From: a bacterium
Lineage (GTDB): Bacteria > Bacteroidota > Bacteroidia > Bacteroidales > FEN-979
Direction: 5' to 3'
Assembly (NCBI GenBank): GCA_043806735.1
Contig: JAZDGR010000023.1
Coordinates: forward strand, 6,977 to 70,976
Length of the DNA: 64,000 nt
Made by a program: the position numbers and the translations under genes
The notes under the pieces: model-generated
Told to the model about the DNA's origin: nothing
Databases searched by the model: none
Seen by the model: only the letters and a program-made list of their open reading frames with translations
Part shown: piece after piece, positions 39,271 through 48,748 of the stretch
How the letters are laid out: each line of letters starts with the position of its first letter
Position numbering within the stretch: position 1 is the first letter of the stretch

Positions 39271-40545
39271 ATGAGGAAAAAAGACAAGAAACTACTCAGC
39301 AAGGAGTTCCTGAATTACTACCTGATCTCATCCATCCCCTCTATGAGGTGGGGATTGATTGCAAACCTTCTGTTATTTGTTGTGTTTGCTGTCATCAATG
39401 AAGTTGTCTTCCCTGACCTGGCAAGCAAAAAGTTTTTTCTAAAGTTTGGGATTATCATTCCCTTCTTTTTACTCGCTATTGTGGTCTTATATATCCGGAG
39501 ACTGCGGCCATGGCTTTCTGCCATCTTTCTTGTGATTAACCTGATTCTCTGTGCTGCAATTTTCTGGGTCGGATTTTCTTCAGACACAATGCAACCAGGC
39601 TATGAGTATTATTTTGCCTGGGTGATTCTCATGATCATCGGTTTGTTCACTTTTTACCGGCTCCGGTTTTCCACTTTGCTTATCCTTGGAGGGCTTCAGC
39701 TTATTGCCTATTTACTTGCCACCATTTTGAATCACTCGTTCAGAGACCATTTTTCCGAATCCCTGAACAACCTCTTCTTTATCCTTGGGGCTTCAACCGT
39801 GGGTTTTTTTATTGCCTATACATTTCAGCTATTGAACAAGAAGAACTTTCTTCATCAGAAATCTTTGGATGCACAGTACCGAAGACTCATGAACGATTAC
39901 AAGGAGAAGGTCGTCATGGAAAAAGAACTGCTGGAAGCATCTCAACAGAAGGTGATCATGATGAAGGAGATCCATCACCGGGTCAAGAACAACCTGGCAA
40001 TTGTTATCAGCATGCTCAGCCTCCAGATGCGGCACAATCCCAATCCTGAGCTTCGAAAGATCATCCGCGACATTGAAATGAGGATCCGCTCGATGGCCCT
40101 GATCCATGAGCACCTGTACCGGTCGGAGAACCTTAACCGGATTCCCCTGGATCAGTACCTGAGGTCTCTTTCAACTATCATACTAAGTACGTTCTCCGCA
40201 TCGGAAATCAATCTTGACCTGGATTTAGATCCTCTCGAAGCATCCATTGAAACGGCTCTTCCCATTGGTCTGATCACCAATGAACTGATCACCAATTCGG
40301 TAAAATACGCCTTCGCCGAGGGAGTCGAAGGCTCTATCCGGCTGTCTCTTAAGCGGCAGAAATCCAATCAGATTGAGCTGGTTATTTCGGATAATGGGAT
40401 CGGATTGCCGGCGAACTTTGATTTTACCAAGGCAACCACCTTGGGGATGTTCATCACCCGGCTCCTGGTCGAACAGCTGAATGCCAAGCTGACAGTCGGA
40501 AAGGGGAATGGGGCCTCGTTCTCGATCGTATTTACACAAGTGTGA
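39271..40545 (+). CDS. Membrane sensor histidine kinase, HisKA_2/HWE-like
   Basis: About 6 N-terminal TM segments. H-box EIHHRVKNNLAIVISMLSLQ. HATPase ITNELITNSVKYAF ... DNGIGLP. Confidence 0.8.
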   Translation: MRKKDKKLLSKEFLNYYLISSIPSMRWGLIANLLLFVVFAVINEVVFPDLASKKFFLKFGIIIPFFLLAIVVLYIRRLRPWLSAIFLVINLILCAAIFWVGFSSDTMQPGYEYYFAWVILMIIGLFTFYRLRFSTLLILGGLQLIAYLLATILNHSFRDHFSESLNNLFFILGASTVGFFIAYTFQLLNKKNFLHQKSLDAQYRRLMNDYKEKVVMEKELLEASQQKVIMMKEIHHRVKNNLAIVISMLSLQMRHNPNPELRKIIRDIEMRIRSMALIHEHLYRSENLNRIPLDQYLRSLSTIILSTFSASEINLDLDLDPLEASIETALPIGLITNELITNSVKYAFAEGVEGSIRLSLKRQKSNQIELVISDNGIGLPANFDFTKATTLGMFITRLLVEQLNAKLTVGKGNGASFSIVFTQV

Positions 40546-41473
40546 TCCTCGTACCGCCGTTATCGATTCCCAGCATGGTGGTTTTTGTAATGATGGTGTC
40601 TTTCCCCGACCGTTCTACAAAATGAATGGCAGCCCTGATTTTCGGGCCCATGCTTCCATCGGGAAACTGGCCTGCTTCCAGGTATCTTTTGGCTTCTGCA
40701 ATGGGTATCCTGTCCAAACTCTTTTCCTGGGGGGTATTATAATTGATGCAAACTTTCGGCACATCGGTAAGAATAAATAATTTATCGGCGTTTATCTGGG
40801 AAGCGAGCAAAGCCGATGCCAGGTCTTTGTCAATGACCGCATCAATTCCCTGAAGTTTGTTCGGGGCCACGAAAAAAACAGGAATTCCGCCCCCTCCAAC
40901 CGCGATGACAATCTGTCCCTCCCGGGCAATCCGCTCGATGGTTTTCCGGTTCATGATCACCAGGGGCGTGGGGGAGGCGACCACTTTTCGCCAGCCCCTT
41001 CCCCTGGCGTCTTCGGCGAAGAGGGAACCGGTGTCTTTCGACATCCGGTCGGCCTCTTCCTTTGTGTAATAGGGGCCGATTGGTTTTGTGGGTTTCTCGA
41101 ACGCAGGATCGTCTTTATTCACCAGTACCCGGGTTGTTATTGTGATGACATCCCGCTCAATGTCATGTACCTGCAACACATTCTTCAGCTGTTGTTCGAT
41201 GATGTAGCCAATGAAACCCTGGGAGTAAGCTACGCAGATATCGAGGGGCATTTCGGGGATGCCGAACAGTTTATCACCGGCCGCATTGGCCAGCATGATA
41301 TTCCCAACCTGCGGACCATTTCCATGAGTAATGACGATATTGTATCCCCGTTTGAGCAGTTTTACCAGACATTCGGAAGTCGCTGCCGCATTCGTTTCCT
41401 GGTCGTCGATTGTCCCTTTCTGCCCGCTTTGCAACAGCGCATTGCCTCCTAAAGCAACTACAGCAAGTTTCAT
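40532..41473 (-). CDS. arcC: Carbamate kinase
   Basis: MKLAVVALGGNALL, ITHGNGPQVGN, GWRKVVASPTP, GGGGIPV. Confidence 0.9.
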   Translation of the reverse strand: MKLAVVALGGNALLQSGQKGTIDDQETNAAATSECLVKLLKRGYNIVITHGNGPQVGNIMLANAAGDKLFGIPEMPLDICVAYSQGFIGYIIEQQLKNVLQVHDIERDVITITTRVLVNKDDPAFEKPTKPIGPYYTKEEADRMSKDTGSLFAEDARGRGWRKVVASPTPLVIMNRKTIERIAREGQIVIAVGGGGIPVFFVAPNKLQGIDAVIDKDLASALLASQINADKLFILTDVPKVCINYNTPQEKSLDRIPIAEAKRYLEAGQFPDGSMGPKIRAAIHFVERSGKDTIITKTTMLGIDNGGTRITLV

Positions 41474-41541
41474 GATTGTTTTCTATATGTGTTGCAAAGG
41501 TAGAAATTTTTTATGAATCAATTTTCTTACTTTCGCTCCGC

Positions 41542-42420
41542 ATGAAAAACCAGCGGAAAGCCTACCTCTTTGCCCTGAGCGCCATACTGTGCTGGTGCAC
41601 TATTGGTTCGGCGACCAAACTCTCGTTGAGGTACATCGATTTCGTCCAGTTGCTATTGTTCTCCAACCTGGTGGCTGTCCTCGTGTTGTTTTGTACACTA
41701 TGGGGACAGAAGAACCTGGCGTTGCTGGCCTCTTTTTCACGGCGAGCCTGGTTTCGTTCCGCTTTCCTGGGTTTGCTCAATCCATTTCTTTACTATATTG
41801 TGCTGTTTGTTGCCTACGATTTGTTGCAGGCTCAGGAGGCCGGAACCCTGAATTACATCTGGCCTATCCTGCTGGTTCTCCTGTCCATTCCGCTTCTCCA
41901 TCAAAAAATCAGCCTTTGGAGCATTGCAGCGATCCTGATCAGTTTTACCGGGCTTTTTATCATCTCCACGCACGGAGATATTCTCGGACTTTCGTTCTCC
42001 AGTCCGCTCGGAGTGCTCCTGGCTTTCGGAAGTGCGGTTTTCTGGGCTTTATACTGGATCCTTAATATGAAAGATCCGCGGGATGACGTAGCGAAACTGT
42101 TTCTCAACTTCCTGTTTGGATTCCTTTACATCCTCATTGTCTACCTGGCGAGAGCAGAATTCAGCATCCCTTCGTGGCAAGGAATTGCCGGATCCGTCTA
42201 TCTAGGTATTTTCGAAATGGGCCTTACATTTTTGCTCTGGTTACGGGCGCTGAGTTATTCGGTGACAACAGCAAAAGTTTCAAACCTCATTTATATTTCT
42301 CCCTTCCTGTCACTGATCATCATCCGGTTTGCTGTAGGGGAAACTATCCTGGTTTCAACCGTAACCGGACTTGTTTTTATCGTCGCAGGGATTATTCTGC
42401 AGCAATATCTTCGGAAGTAA
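41542..42420 (+). CDS. DMT-superfamily (EamA-like) transporter
   Basis: Start set to the ATG at 41542. 10 TM segments in two EamA halves. Confidence 0.75.
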   Translation: MKNQRKAYLFALSAILCWCTIGSATKLSLRYIDFVQLLLFSNLVAVLVLFCTLWGQKNLALLASFSRRAWFRSAFLGLLNPFLYYIVLFVAYDLLQAQEAGTLNYIWPILLVLLSIPLLHQKISLWSIAAILISFTGLFIISTHGDILGLSFSSPLGVLLAFGSAVFWALYWILNMKDPRDDVAKLFLNFLFGFLYILIVYLARAEFSIPSWQGIAGSVYLGIFEMGLTFLLWLRALSYSVTTAKVSNLIYISPFLSLIIIRFAVGETILVSTVTGLVFIVAGIILQQYLRK

Positions 42421-42441
42421 TTACTTCCGTATTTTTGCAGG

Positions 42442-43713
42442 ATGAAACCCACCATCGCGTTTCACCATTTTGGCTGTAAAGTAAATTTTGCGGAGGCCTC
42501 AGCCCTTTCCCGGCAGTTCAGAGAAAAAGGATATCTTCTTGCCGGCTTCCACGAAAAAGCCGACATTTATGTGATCAGCAGTTGTGTGGTGACGTCGGCT
42601 GCAGAGAAGAAATGCAAGGCGGCGATCCGTCAGGCAAACCGGTTGAATCCGGATGCCCGTATTGCGGTCATCGGCTGCTTCCCCGAACTCAAAGCCGATG
42701 AAGTCGCAGCGATGCAAGGTGTGGATGTCGTGTTGGGGCACAGCGCAAAATTTAATCTATTGGAGGAATTAGAGGGAAGAGGGAAGAAGGAAGAGGGAAG
42801 AAGGAAGAGTCATGATTTCATCCCTGCGTATTCTTCGGAAGAGCGAACGCGCGTCTTTCTGAAAATCCAGGACGGATGTGATTACTATTGCGCCTACTGT
42901 GCGATTCCCCTGGCACGGGGAAACAGCCGGAGCGACACCATTGATCATCTCTTGAAGGAGGCGGCTGAAATCGTTTCATCAGGTGTTAAAGAGTTTGTGC
43001 TGACAGGTGTCAACATAGGAGACTTCGGGAAACAAAACGGGGAGACATTTTACGAGCTTATATCCCGCCTTGAGCAAGAGATATCTGTGCCGCGGATCCG
43101 GATTTCATCCATCGAACCCGATCTTTTATCGGATGAGATTATTGAGCTGGTCGCTTCCTCCGGAAAGTTTCTCCCCCATTTTCATATCCCCCTGCAATCA
43201 GGTTCCAATAAGATCCTGAAAGCCATGAAACGGAAATATACACAGGAACTATATGCCGACCGTATTGACAAGATCCGTTCACGGATGCCGTTTGCCTGTA
43301 TTGCTGCGGATGTGATAGTGGGTTTCCCGGGAGAAACGGATGAGGATTTCACCGAGACTGTTGACTTTGTGAAAACGACTGCCGTTTCGTATGTGCACGT
43401 TTTTTCATATAGCCGCAGGGAAAACACCCTCGCGGCAAAATCAGCCGAAAACTGCTCTCCGGCCGAAAAGAAAAGAAGAAGTGACCAATTGCATGATTTG
43501 TCGGACAGAAAGAAAACCCGGTTTTACCAATCCAACAGAGGACGGGAAGTCTCTGTTTTGTTCGAATCTGATAATAAGGATGGCTTTATGCATGGATTCT
43601 CAGAGAACTATCTCAAGGTGAAAACGCCCTATACCCCACGACTGGTGAATGAGATCCGGCGAGTGAAACTGGAGCAGCTAGAAGAGGATCTGACGTATGT
43701 GGTGAGGTGGTGA
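42442..43713 (+). CDS. mtaB: Radical-SAM methylthiotransferase, MtaB type
   Basis: N-terminal MTTase domain (FHHFGCKVNFAEA), radical-SAM CDYYCAYCAIP, C-terminal TRAM-like region. Carries a 42-nt heptamer array in the interdomain linker. Confidence 0.85.
   Translation: MKPTIAFHHFGCKVNFAEASALSRQFREKGYLLAGFHEKADIYVISSCVVTSAAEKKCKAAIRQANRLNPDARIAVIGCFPELKADEVAAMQGVDVVLGHSAKFNLLEELEGRGKKEEGRRKSHDFIPAYSSEERTRVFLKIQDGCDYYCAYCAIPLARGNSRSDTIDHLLKEAAEIVSSGVKEFVLTGVNIGDFGKQNGETFYELISRLEQEISVPRIRISSIEPDLLSDEIIELVASSGKFLPHFHIPLQSGSNKILKAMKRKYTQELYADRIDKIRSRMPFACIAADVIVGFPGETDEDFTETVDFVKTTAVSYVHVFSYSRRENTLAAKSAENCSPAEKKRRSDQLHDLSDRKKTRFYQSNRGREVSVLFESDNKDGFMHGFSENYLKVKTPYTPRLVNEIRRVKLEQLEEDLTYVVRW
42771..42812. 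repeat. Six heptamers AGAGGGA/AGAAGGA (42 nt) in frame inside mtaB
   Basis: agaggga agaggga agaagga agaggga agaagga agagtca. Encodes part of ELEGRGKKEEGRRKSH. Confidence 0.95.
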
Positions 43714-43740
43714 TGTGGTGATATGGTGATATGGTGTAAA
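43701..43740. repeat. Octamer array GGTGANNT (5 units) spanning the mtaB stop
   Basis: GGTGA recurs at 43701, 43709, 43717 and 43725 (GGTGT at 43733). The mtaB TGA (43711-43713) is inside unit 2. Confidence 0.85.
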
Positions 43741-43773
43741 GTGCTGATTGATAAGTAGATTATTTTGGATTCT

Positions 43774-43794
43774 TAATTCGTAATTCATAATTAA
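43774..43794. repeat. Heptamer triplet TAATTCN just upstream of lgt
   Basis: taattcg taattca taattaa. Confidence 0.7.
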
Positions 43795-43797
43795 ACC

Positions 43798-45738
43798 ATG
43801 TTTCCCCGAATCAGTGACTTACTCAACTATTTGCTTGGGACAAACCTGGACATCCCCATCCAGAGCTATGGCTTCCTGGTGGCCCTGGCGTTTGTTGTCG
43901 CGGCTCTTGTGCTCTATCTCGAACTGAAACGGAAAGAAAAGGTCGGACAGATTGCTTCTCAGCAGAAAAAAATACTGAAGGGAGGACCTGTTTCATTCCA
44001 GGAGTTGTTTTTTTCTTCGTTGTTCGGGTTCCTTCTCGGGTGGAAAGGGGTTGGTTTGATCCTGGATTACTCTGTGTTCAGCCAGAATCCCCAGGATTAT
44101 ATCCTCTCCGGGGAAGGCAGTTTGCTGGCGGGGATTGTGCTTGCTGCTGCGTTTGCCGGTTATGGGTATTCCAAGAAACGGAAAGAACGGCTTGAAAAGC
44201 CCGTTTGGGTTGAAGTAACCGTCCATCCCTACCAATTGACCGGAAATATCCTGCTTGTCGCCGCAATATTTGGACTGATCGGATCGAAAATTTTCGATAC
44301 TATCGAACACCTGCAGGACCTTTTTCAGGATCCTGTCGGGAACCTGTTTTCCTTTTCAGGGCTCTCATTTTACGGGGGATTAATCGTAGCAGCAGTTACC
44401 GTCGTTTGGTATGCAAAAAAACACGGCATCCGGTTTCCTCATATCGCCGATACCGTGGCACCGGCATTGATCCTTGCATACGCAGTCGGCCGCATCGGAT
44501 GCCAGCTCTCCGGCGACGGATGCTGGGGGGTAGAGAATCCTCATCCGATGCCGAATTGGCTTCGTTTTCTTCCGGAGTGGGTATGGAGGTTTCAGTACCC
44601 TCATAACGTAATTGACGACGGGGTCCCGATTCCGGATTGTACGGTCTCCCATTGCTTTGTCTTACCGGCTCCGGTTTACCCAACTCCCCTGTATGAAACC
44701 CTGATGGGATTGGTCATTTTCGCGATCCTTTGGAGTATCCGGAAGAAACTGAAGACTCCGGGGTATCTCTTTTCGGTTTACCTTATTCTGAACGGTTTCG
44801 AACGATTCCTGATTGAACAGATCCGAATCAATAAGCCCTATGATCTGTTTGGCATGAAACTGACGCAGGCGGAAGGGATCGCCATGGTGCTGATGCTGCT
44901 GGGAGCGGTGGGGTTTTGGTATTTCACGATTCACGATTCACGCAAAACTATGATTAACCTAGAACAGTTAACCTTTTCCGTTTGCCGGCTTTGCGAGGAG
45001 ACCGGAGAGTTCATCCGGCAGGAAGCGCATCGGTTTAAACAGTCGGATATCCGGGAGAAGAGTCCTGCCAACTTCGTCACTTATGTGGATGAGCAGGCCG
45101 AGCAACGGCTGATGGAAGGCTTATCGCGGCTCATTCCGGGGAGCGGTTTCATCGCAGAGGAGAGTCGGCCGATTCCCGCGGGTGAGTTTACCTGGATCAT
45201 CGACCCGCTCGACGGAACCACCAATTATATCCACGGAATCCCCCTCTACAGCATCAGTGTGGCGCTAATGAAGGGCGATGTTATCGTATCCGGCGTCGTT
45301 TACGAAGCGAGGCAGAACGAGTTGTTTTTTACCTGGGAAAAAGCTCCGTCTCATCTCAACGGACGGGTGATAAGGGTTTCCGAAACCTGCCTGATCAGCG
45401 ATGGTTTGTTCGCCACGGGGTTTCCCTATTACGATTACAGCCGGCTGAATGAATACATGGAATTCTTTAAGTTCCTGATGCAGCATTCCCGGGGTGTCCG
45501 ACGCCTGGGGTCCGCTGCTGCTGACCTGGCTTACGTAGCCTGCGGGCGGTTTGATGGATTTTATGAATACGGACTCAGTCCCTGGGATGTAGCAGCAGGT
45601 TCCTTGCTGGTCAGGAATGCCGGAGGCAACGTCTGTGATTTCAAAGGAGGTGAACATTTCCTGTTTGGAAAGGAACTCATTGCAACCAACCAAAATGTTC
45701 ACCAACTTTTCCTTGAAAACTTTGGAGACTATTTTTAG
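43798..45738 (+). CDS. lgt: Read-through ORF: prolipoprotein diacylglyceryl transferase (Lgt, ~375 aa) joined to an inositol-monophosphatase-family protein (SuhB-like, ~262 aa)
   Basis: Lgt part: SFYGGLIVAAV, ILAYAVGRIGCQLSGDGCWG, YPTPLYETL. SuhB part follows the internal in-frame ATG at 44950: FVTYVDEQAE, WIIDPLDGTTNY, GSAAADLAYVACGRFDGFYE. They are joined by FTIHDSR, encoded by 3 heptamers. Confidence 0.8.
   Translation: MFPRISDLLNYLLGTNLDIPIQSYGFLVALAFVVAALVLYLELKRKEKVGQIASQQKKILKGGPVSFQELFFSSLFGFLLGWKGVGLILDYSVFSQNPQDYILSGEGSLLAGIVLAAAFAGYGYSKKRKERLEKPVWVEVTVHPYQLTGNILLVAAIFGLIGSKIFDTIEHLQDLFQDPVGNLFSFSGLSFYGGLIVAAVTVVWYAKKHGIRFPHIADTVAPALILAYAVGRIGCQLSGDGCWGVENPHPMPNWLRFLPEWVWRFQYPHNVIDDGVPIPDCTVSHCFVLPAPVYPTPLYETLMGLVIFAILWSIRKKLKTPGYLFSVYLILNGFERFLIEQIRINKPYDLFGMKLTQAEGIAMVLMLLGAVGFWYFTIHDSRKTMINLEQLTFSVCRLCEETGEFIRQEAHRFKQSDIREKSPANFVTYVDEQAEQRLMEGLSRLIPGSGFIAEESRPIPAGEFTWIIDPLDGTTNYIHGIPLYSISVALMKGDVIVSGVVYEARQNELFFTWEKAPSHLNGRVIRVSETCLISDGLFATGFPYYDYSRLNEYMEFFKFLMQHSRGVRRLGSAAADLAYVACGRFDGFYEYGLSPWDVAAGSLLVRNAGGNVCDFKGGEHFLFGKELIATNQNVHQLFLENFGDYF
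44922..44942. repeat. Three heptamers (T/A)TTCACG (21 nt) forming the lgt|suhB junction
   Basis: tttcacg attcacg attcacg. Confidence 0.9.
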
Positions 45739-45746
45739 CTACGTAT

Positions 45747-46262
45747 ATGCATCCACGAATCGAAATTATTCAGGGAGATATTACTCAACTTCCGGTTGAC
45801 GCGATTGTCAATGCAGCCAACCGAAGTTTACTCGGCGGAGGGGGCGTCGACGGAGCCATTCACCGGGCTGCCGGGAAGCAGCTTCTTGACGCCTGCAAGC
45901 TACTGGGGGGATGTGAAACAGGGAAGGCAAAGATTACTCCCGGATTTAATCTTCCGGCCAGGTTTGTAATCCATACAGTTGGACCTGTATGGAACGGAGG
46001 AAACTATGGTGAAGCGGCGCAACTGGCAAACTGTTATCGCATTTGCCTGATGCTGGCCTCTGAAAATGAATGCCGGACCCTTGCCTTTCCGAACATCAGC
46101 ACCGGTGTATACAGATTTCCGAAGAGGTTGGCAGCGGAAATCGCAGATAAAGAAGTGAAAAAGTATCTTATGCATTACAAAATCCCGGAAAAAATTTTCT
46201 TTGTTTGCTTTGATGCAGAGAATTATGAAATATATCGGGAGCTGATTGATCGTGAATCGTGA
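45747..46262 (+). CDS. Macro-domain protein (O-acetyl-ADP-ribose deacetylase, YmdB-like)
   Basis: IEIIQGDITQLPVDAIVNAANRSLLGGGGVDGAIHRAAG, FPNISTGVYRFP. Confidence 0.85.
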   Translation: MHPRIEIIQGDITQLPVDAIVNAANRSLLGGGGVDGAIHRAAGKQLLDACKLLGGCETGKAKITPGFNLPARFVIHTVGPVWNGGNYGEAAQLANCYRICLMLASENECRTLAFPNISTGVYRFPKRLAAEIADKEVKKYLMHYKIPEKIFFVCFDAENYEIYRELIDRES

Positions 46263-46264
46263 GA
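46244..46264. repeat. Three heptamers (gattgat cgtgaat cgtgaga), reverse complement of the ATTCACG family
   Basis: Spans the macro-gene stop (46260-46262) and the GTG start of the next gene (46259). Confidence 0.75.
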
Positions 46265-48694
46265 ACTACTTTATTCATACTCGTATTTCTTCCTCTTACT
46301 CTTGCCGGAATTTCTCAGGCTCCGCGGAAAATTGTGCAAGCAGTACCGATCAAGGAAACGATAAAAATTGACGGGGTTCTGGATGAAACGAGCTGGCAAC
46401 TGGCTCCCGTTGCAACCGATTTCATTCAGCAAAGACCTTATAACGGAAAGCCGGCATCCCAAAGGTCGGAAATCAGGTTTATGTATGATAACTCGGGATT
46501 ATATGTCGGGGCTTTATTGTATGATCCCCACCCCGACAGTATACTTACTCAACTGGGCCTGAGAGATTCCGACGAATTGAATGCCGACTTTTTTACGTTG
46601 ATGCTGAGTCCCTATGATGATGGCCTGAACGCCTTTGCATTCCGGGTTTATGCGTCGGATGTTCAGACGGATTATACGGTTTCGAGCGAATCTGATTTCC
46701 AGATGGATGTGAGTTGGAATGCGGTGTGGCAAAGCAACGCAAGAAGTAACGAACTGGGTTGGGTGGTCGAGATGAAGATCCCTTATTCAGCATTGAGGTT
46801 CCCTGAAACAGAGGTTCAGACGTGGGGTATGAATTGTCAAAGGGATGTAAGGCGGACGCGTGAGTTATCTTCCTGGAATTTCATTGATGCCGCGGTTAAG
46901 GGAATTATTAACCAGTCGGGGATTCTGACCGGAATAGAGGGGATCAAACCTCCATTACGGCTTTCTGTCACTCCATATCTTTCCGGCTATGTGGAAAAAA
47001 ATCCCGATTACAAAGAGTGGCAGTTTTCCTATAACTACGGCGCCGACCTGAAATACGGAATCAACCAGAGCTTCACTCTGGACATGACCCTGATCCCCGA
47101 TTTCGGGCAGGTACCGTCAGACGACAAGGTGTATAATTTCTCGCCGTTTGAAATCCGCTATGATGAACAGCGACAGTTTTTTACCGAAAGCGTTGAATTG
47201 TTTGACAAAGGGGGGATTTTTTATTCCCGGAGGGTGGGTAGTACACCGGAAGGATATGGGGAGGTCTATGAACAGCTTGACAGCAATGAGGTTGTCAAAG
47301 AAAATCCAATGCAAACCAAGTTGATCAACGCGACAAAGGTTTCGGGCCGGACCAGCAAAGGACTTGGGATCGGAGTTTTCAACGGGATGTCGGCAAATAC
47401 CTGGGCAACGATTGAGGACACTGTAACCGGTGAGAAACGGCGCTTTCTAACCCAGGGGTTTACCAACTACAATATGTTCGTATTTGATCAGGCGCTTAAA
47501 AACAACTCCTTCTTTTCCGTTCTTAACACGAACCTGTACCGTACTGACGTCGGGTATTGTGCCAATGTGTCGGGGATCGACTTCAGGTTTGCCAATAAAG
47601 CCTATACCCATTCGGCAACCGGTAATCTCTTTATCAGTCAACTATATAACGCTCATGGATCTCCTGATGTGGGATACCATTACCAGTGGGAGGCAGGAAA
47701 GATCAGTGGGAATTTCCGGTATTTATGGGTTCAGATCCTGGAGAATGATACCTATGACCCCAATGCCCTGGGATTTGATCCCCAGAACAACCGGTTCACA
47801 AACGTCCTGAACCTGGAATACAACATCTATGAACCTTTCTGGAAAGTGCTGGATTGGTACAATTGGGTAACCTTCGTCTATTCTACCCTGTATACAGGAC
47901 TCAACTTCACCTCCTTTGAGATTGAAGCAGAAACCCGCACGACTACTCAGAAATACCTGACGCTGGGGAGTGGTTTTGAAATCAAACCCGACGGATACGA
48001 TTATTACGAACCCCGGGTGGAAGGCTGGAAGTACTGCACTCCGGGATATGCTGGAATTGGCCTATTTGTATCAACTGACTACCGGAAGAAATTGGCTCTT
48101 GACGTCAACCTGTCCTATGCCTATTCAGCCCGCTACCTTACTTCTTATTTTGAGTTGGAATTGGAGCCGAGGTACCGTCCAAATGACAGATTGCTTTTTA
48201 TCTATTCATTCTACATGGACCGGTTGAACAACGATGCCGGTTACGTGTTCGATTCGCTGAATGCCTCGCAACAGGAGGTGATCCTTTTTGGCCGCCGCGA
48301 CATCCAGACCATCACAAATGTGCTGGAAGCGAATTACATGCTCCGCAGCAATATGAGCCTGAATCTGCGGGTTCGTCAATATTGGGTTTGGGCTCATTAC
48401 CTCTCCTTTTATACCCTTCAGCCGGATGGTTTCTTACATCCTGCAAATTACAACGGAAACCAGGACGTTGATTTCAATCTGTTCAACATCGATCTCGGAT
48501 TTATCTGGAATTTTGCTCCCGGAAGCCAGTTATCCTTCCTCTGGAAAAATGCGGTCAACACCTTTGACGACATCATAGATTACAGTTTCTTCCGGAACCT
48601 TGATAAAACCCTCAGCTCCCCGGCTGCGAACAGTTTCTCCATCCGGGTACTCTATTATATAGATGCGATGTATTTTAAGAAGAAAGTAAAATAA
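46259..48694 (+). CDS. Large outer-membrane-type protein, CBM9-like N-terminal domain plus DUF5916-like barrel
   Basis: Signal peptide, then IKIDGVLDETSWQLAPVATDFIQQRPYNGKPASQRSEIRFMYDNSGLYVGA. C-terminal region is aromatic-rich. Family assigned from memory. Confidence 0.65.
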   Translation: MRTTLFILVFLPLTLAGISQAPRKIVQAVPIKETIKIDGVLDETSWQLAPVATDFIQQRPYNGKPASQRSEIRFMYDNSGLYVGALLYDPHPDSILTQLGLRDSDELNADFFTLMLSPYDDGLNAFAFRVYASDVQTDYTVSSESDFQMDVSWNAVWQSNARSNELGWVVEMKIPYSALRFPETEVQTWGMNCQRDVRRTRELSSWNFIDAAVKGIINQSGILTGIEGIKPPLRLSVTPYLSGYVEKNPDYKEWQFSYNYGADLKYGINQSFTLDMTLIPDFGQVPSDDKVYNFSPFEIRYDEQRQFFTESVELFDKGGIFYSRRVGSTPEGYGEVYEQLDSNEVVKENPMQTKLINATKVSGRTSKGLGIGVFNGMSANTWATIEDTVTGEKRRFLTQGFTNYNMFVFDQALKNNSFFSVLNTNLYRTDVGYCANVSGIDFRFANKAYTHSATGNLFISQLYNAHGSPDVGYHYQWEAGKISGNFRYLWVQILENDTYDPNALGFDPQNNRFTNVLNLEYNIYEPFWKVLDWYNWVTFVYSTLYTGLNFTSFEIEAETRTTTQKYLTLGSGFEIKPDGYDYYEPRVEGWKYCTPGYAGIGLFVSTDYRKKLALDVNLSYAYSARYLTSYFELELEPRYRPNDRLLFIYSFYMDRLNNDAGYVFDSLNASQQEVILFGRRDIQTITNVLEANYMLRSNMSLNLRVRQYWVWAHYLSFYTLQPDGFLHPANYNGNQDVDFNLFNIDLGFIWNFAPGSQLSFLWKNAVNTFDDIIDYSFFRNLDKTLSSPAANSFSIRVLYYIDAMYFKKKVK

Positions 48695-48748
48695 CAAGCA
48701 ACCCTATAGCGTTTTTCATGTTTAACTATACAAAGTATTAAGGACATT

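Noticed and set aside
45747-46262. Macro-domain protein as a DarG-type antitoxin / defence component
   Set aside because: It is a 171-aa stand-alone YmdB-like macro domain with no adjacent DarT-like or other toxin gene. Its neighbours are housekeeping genes.
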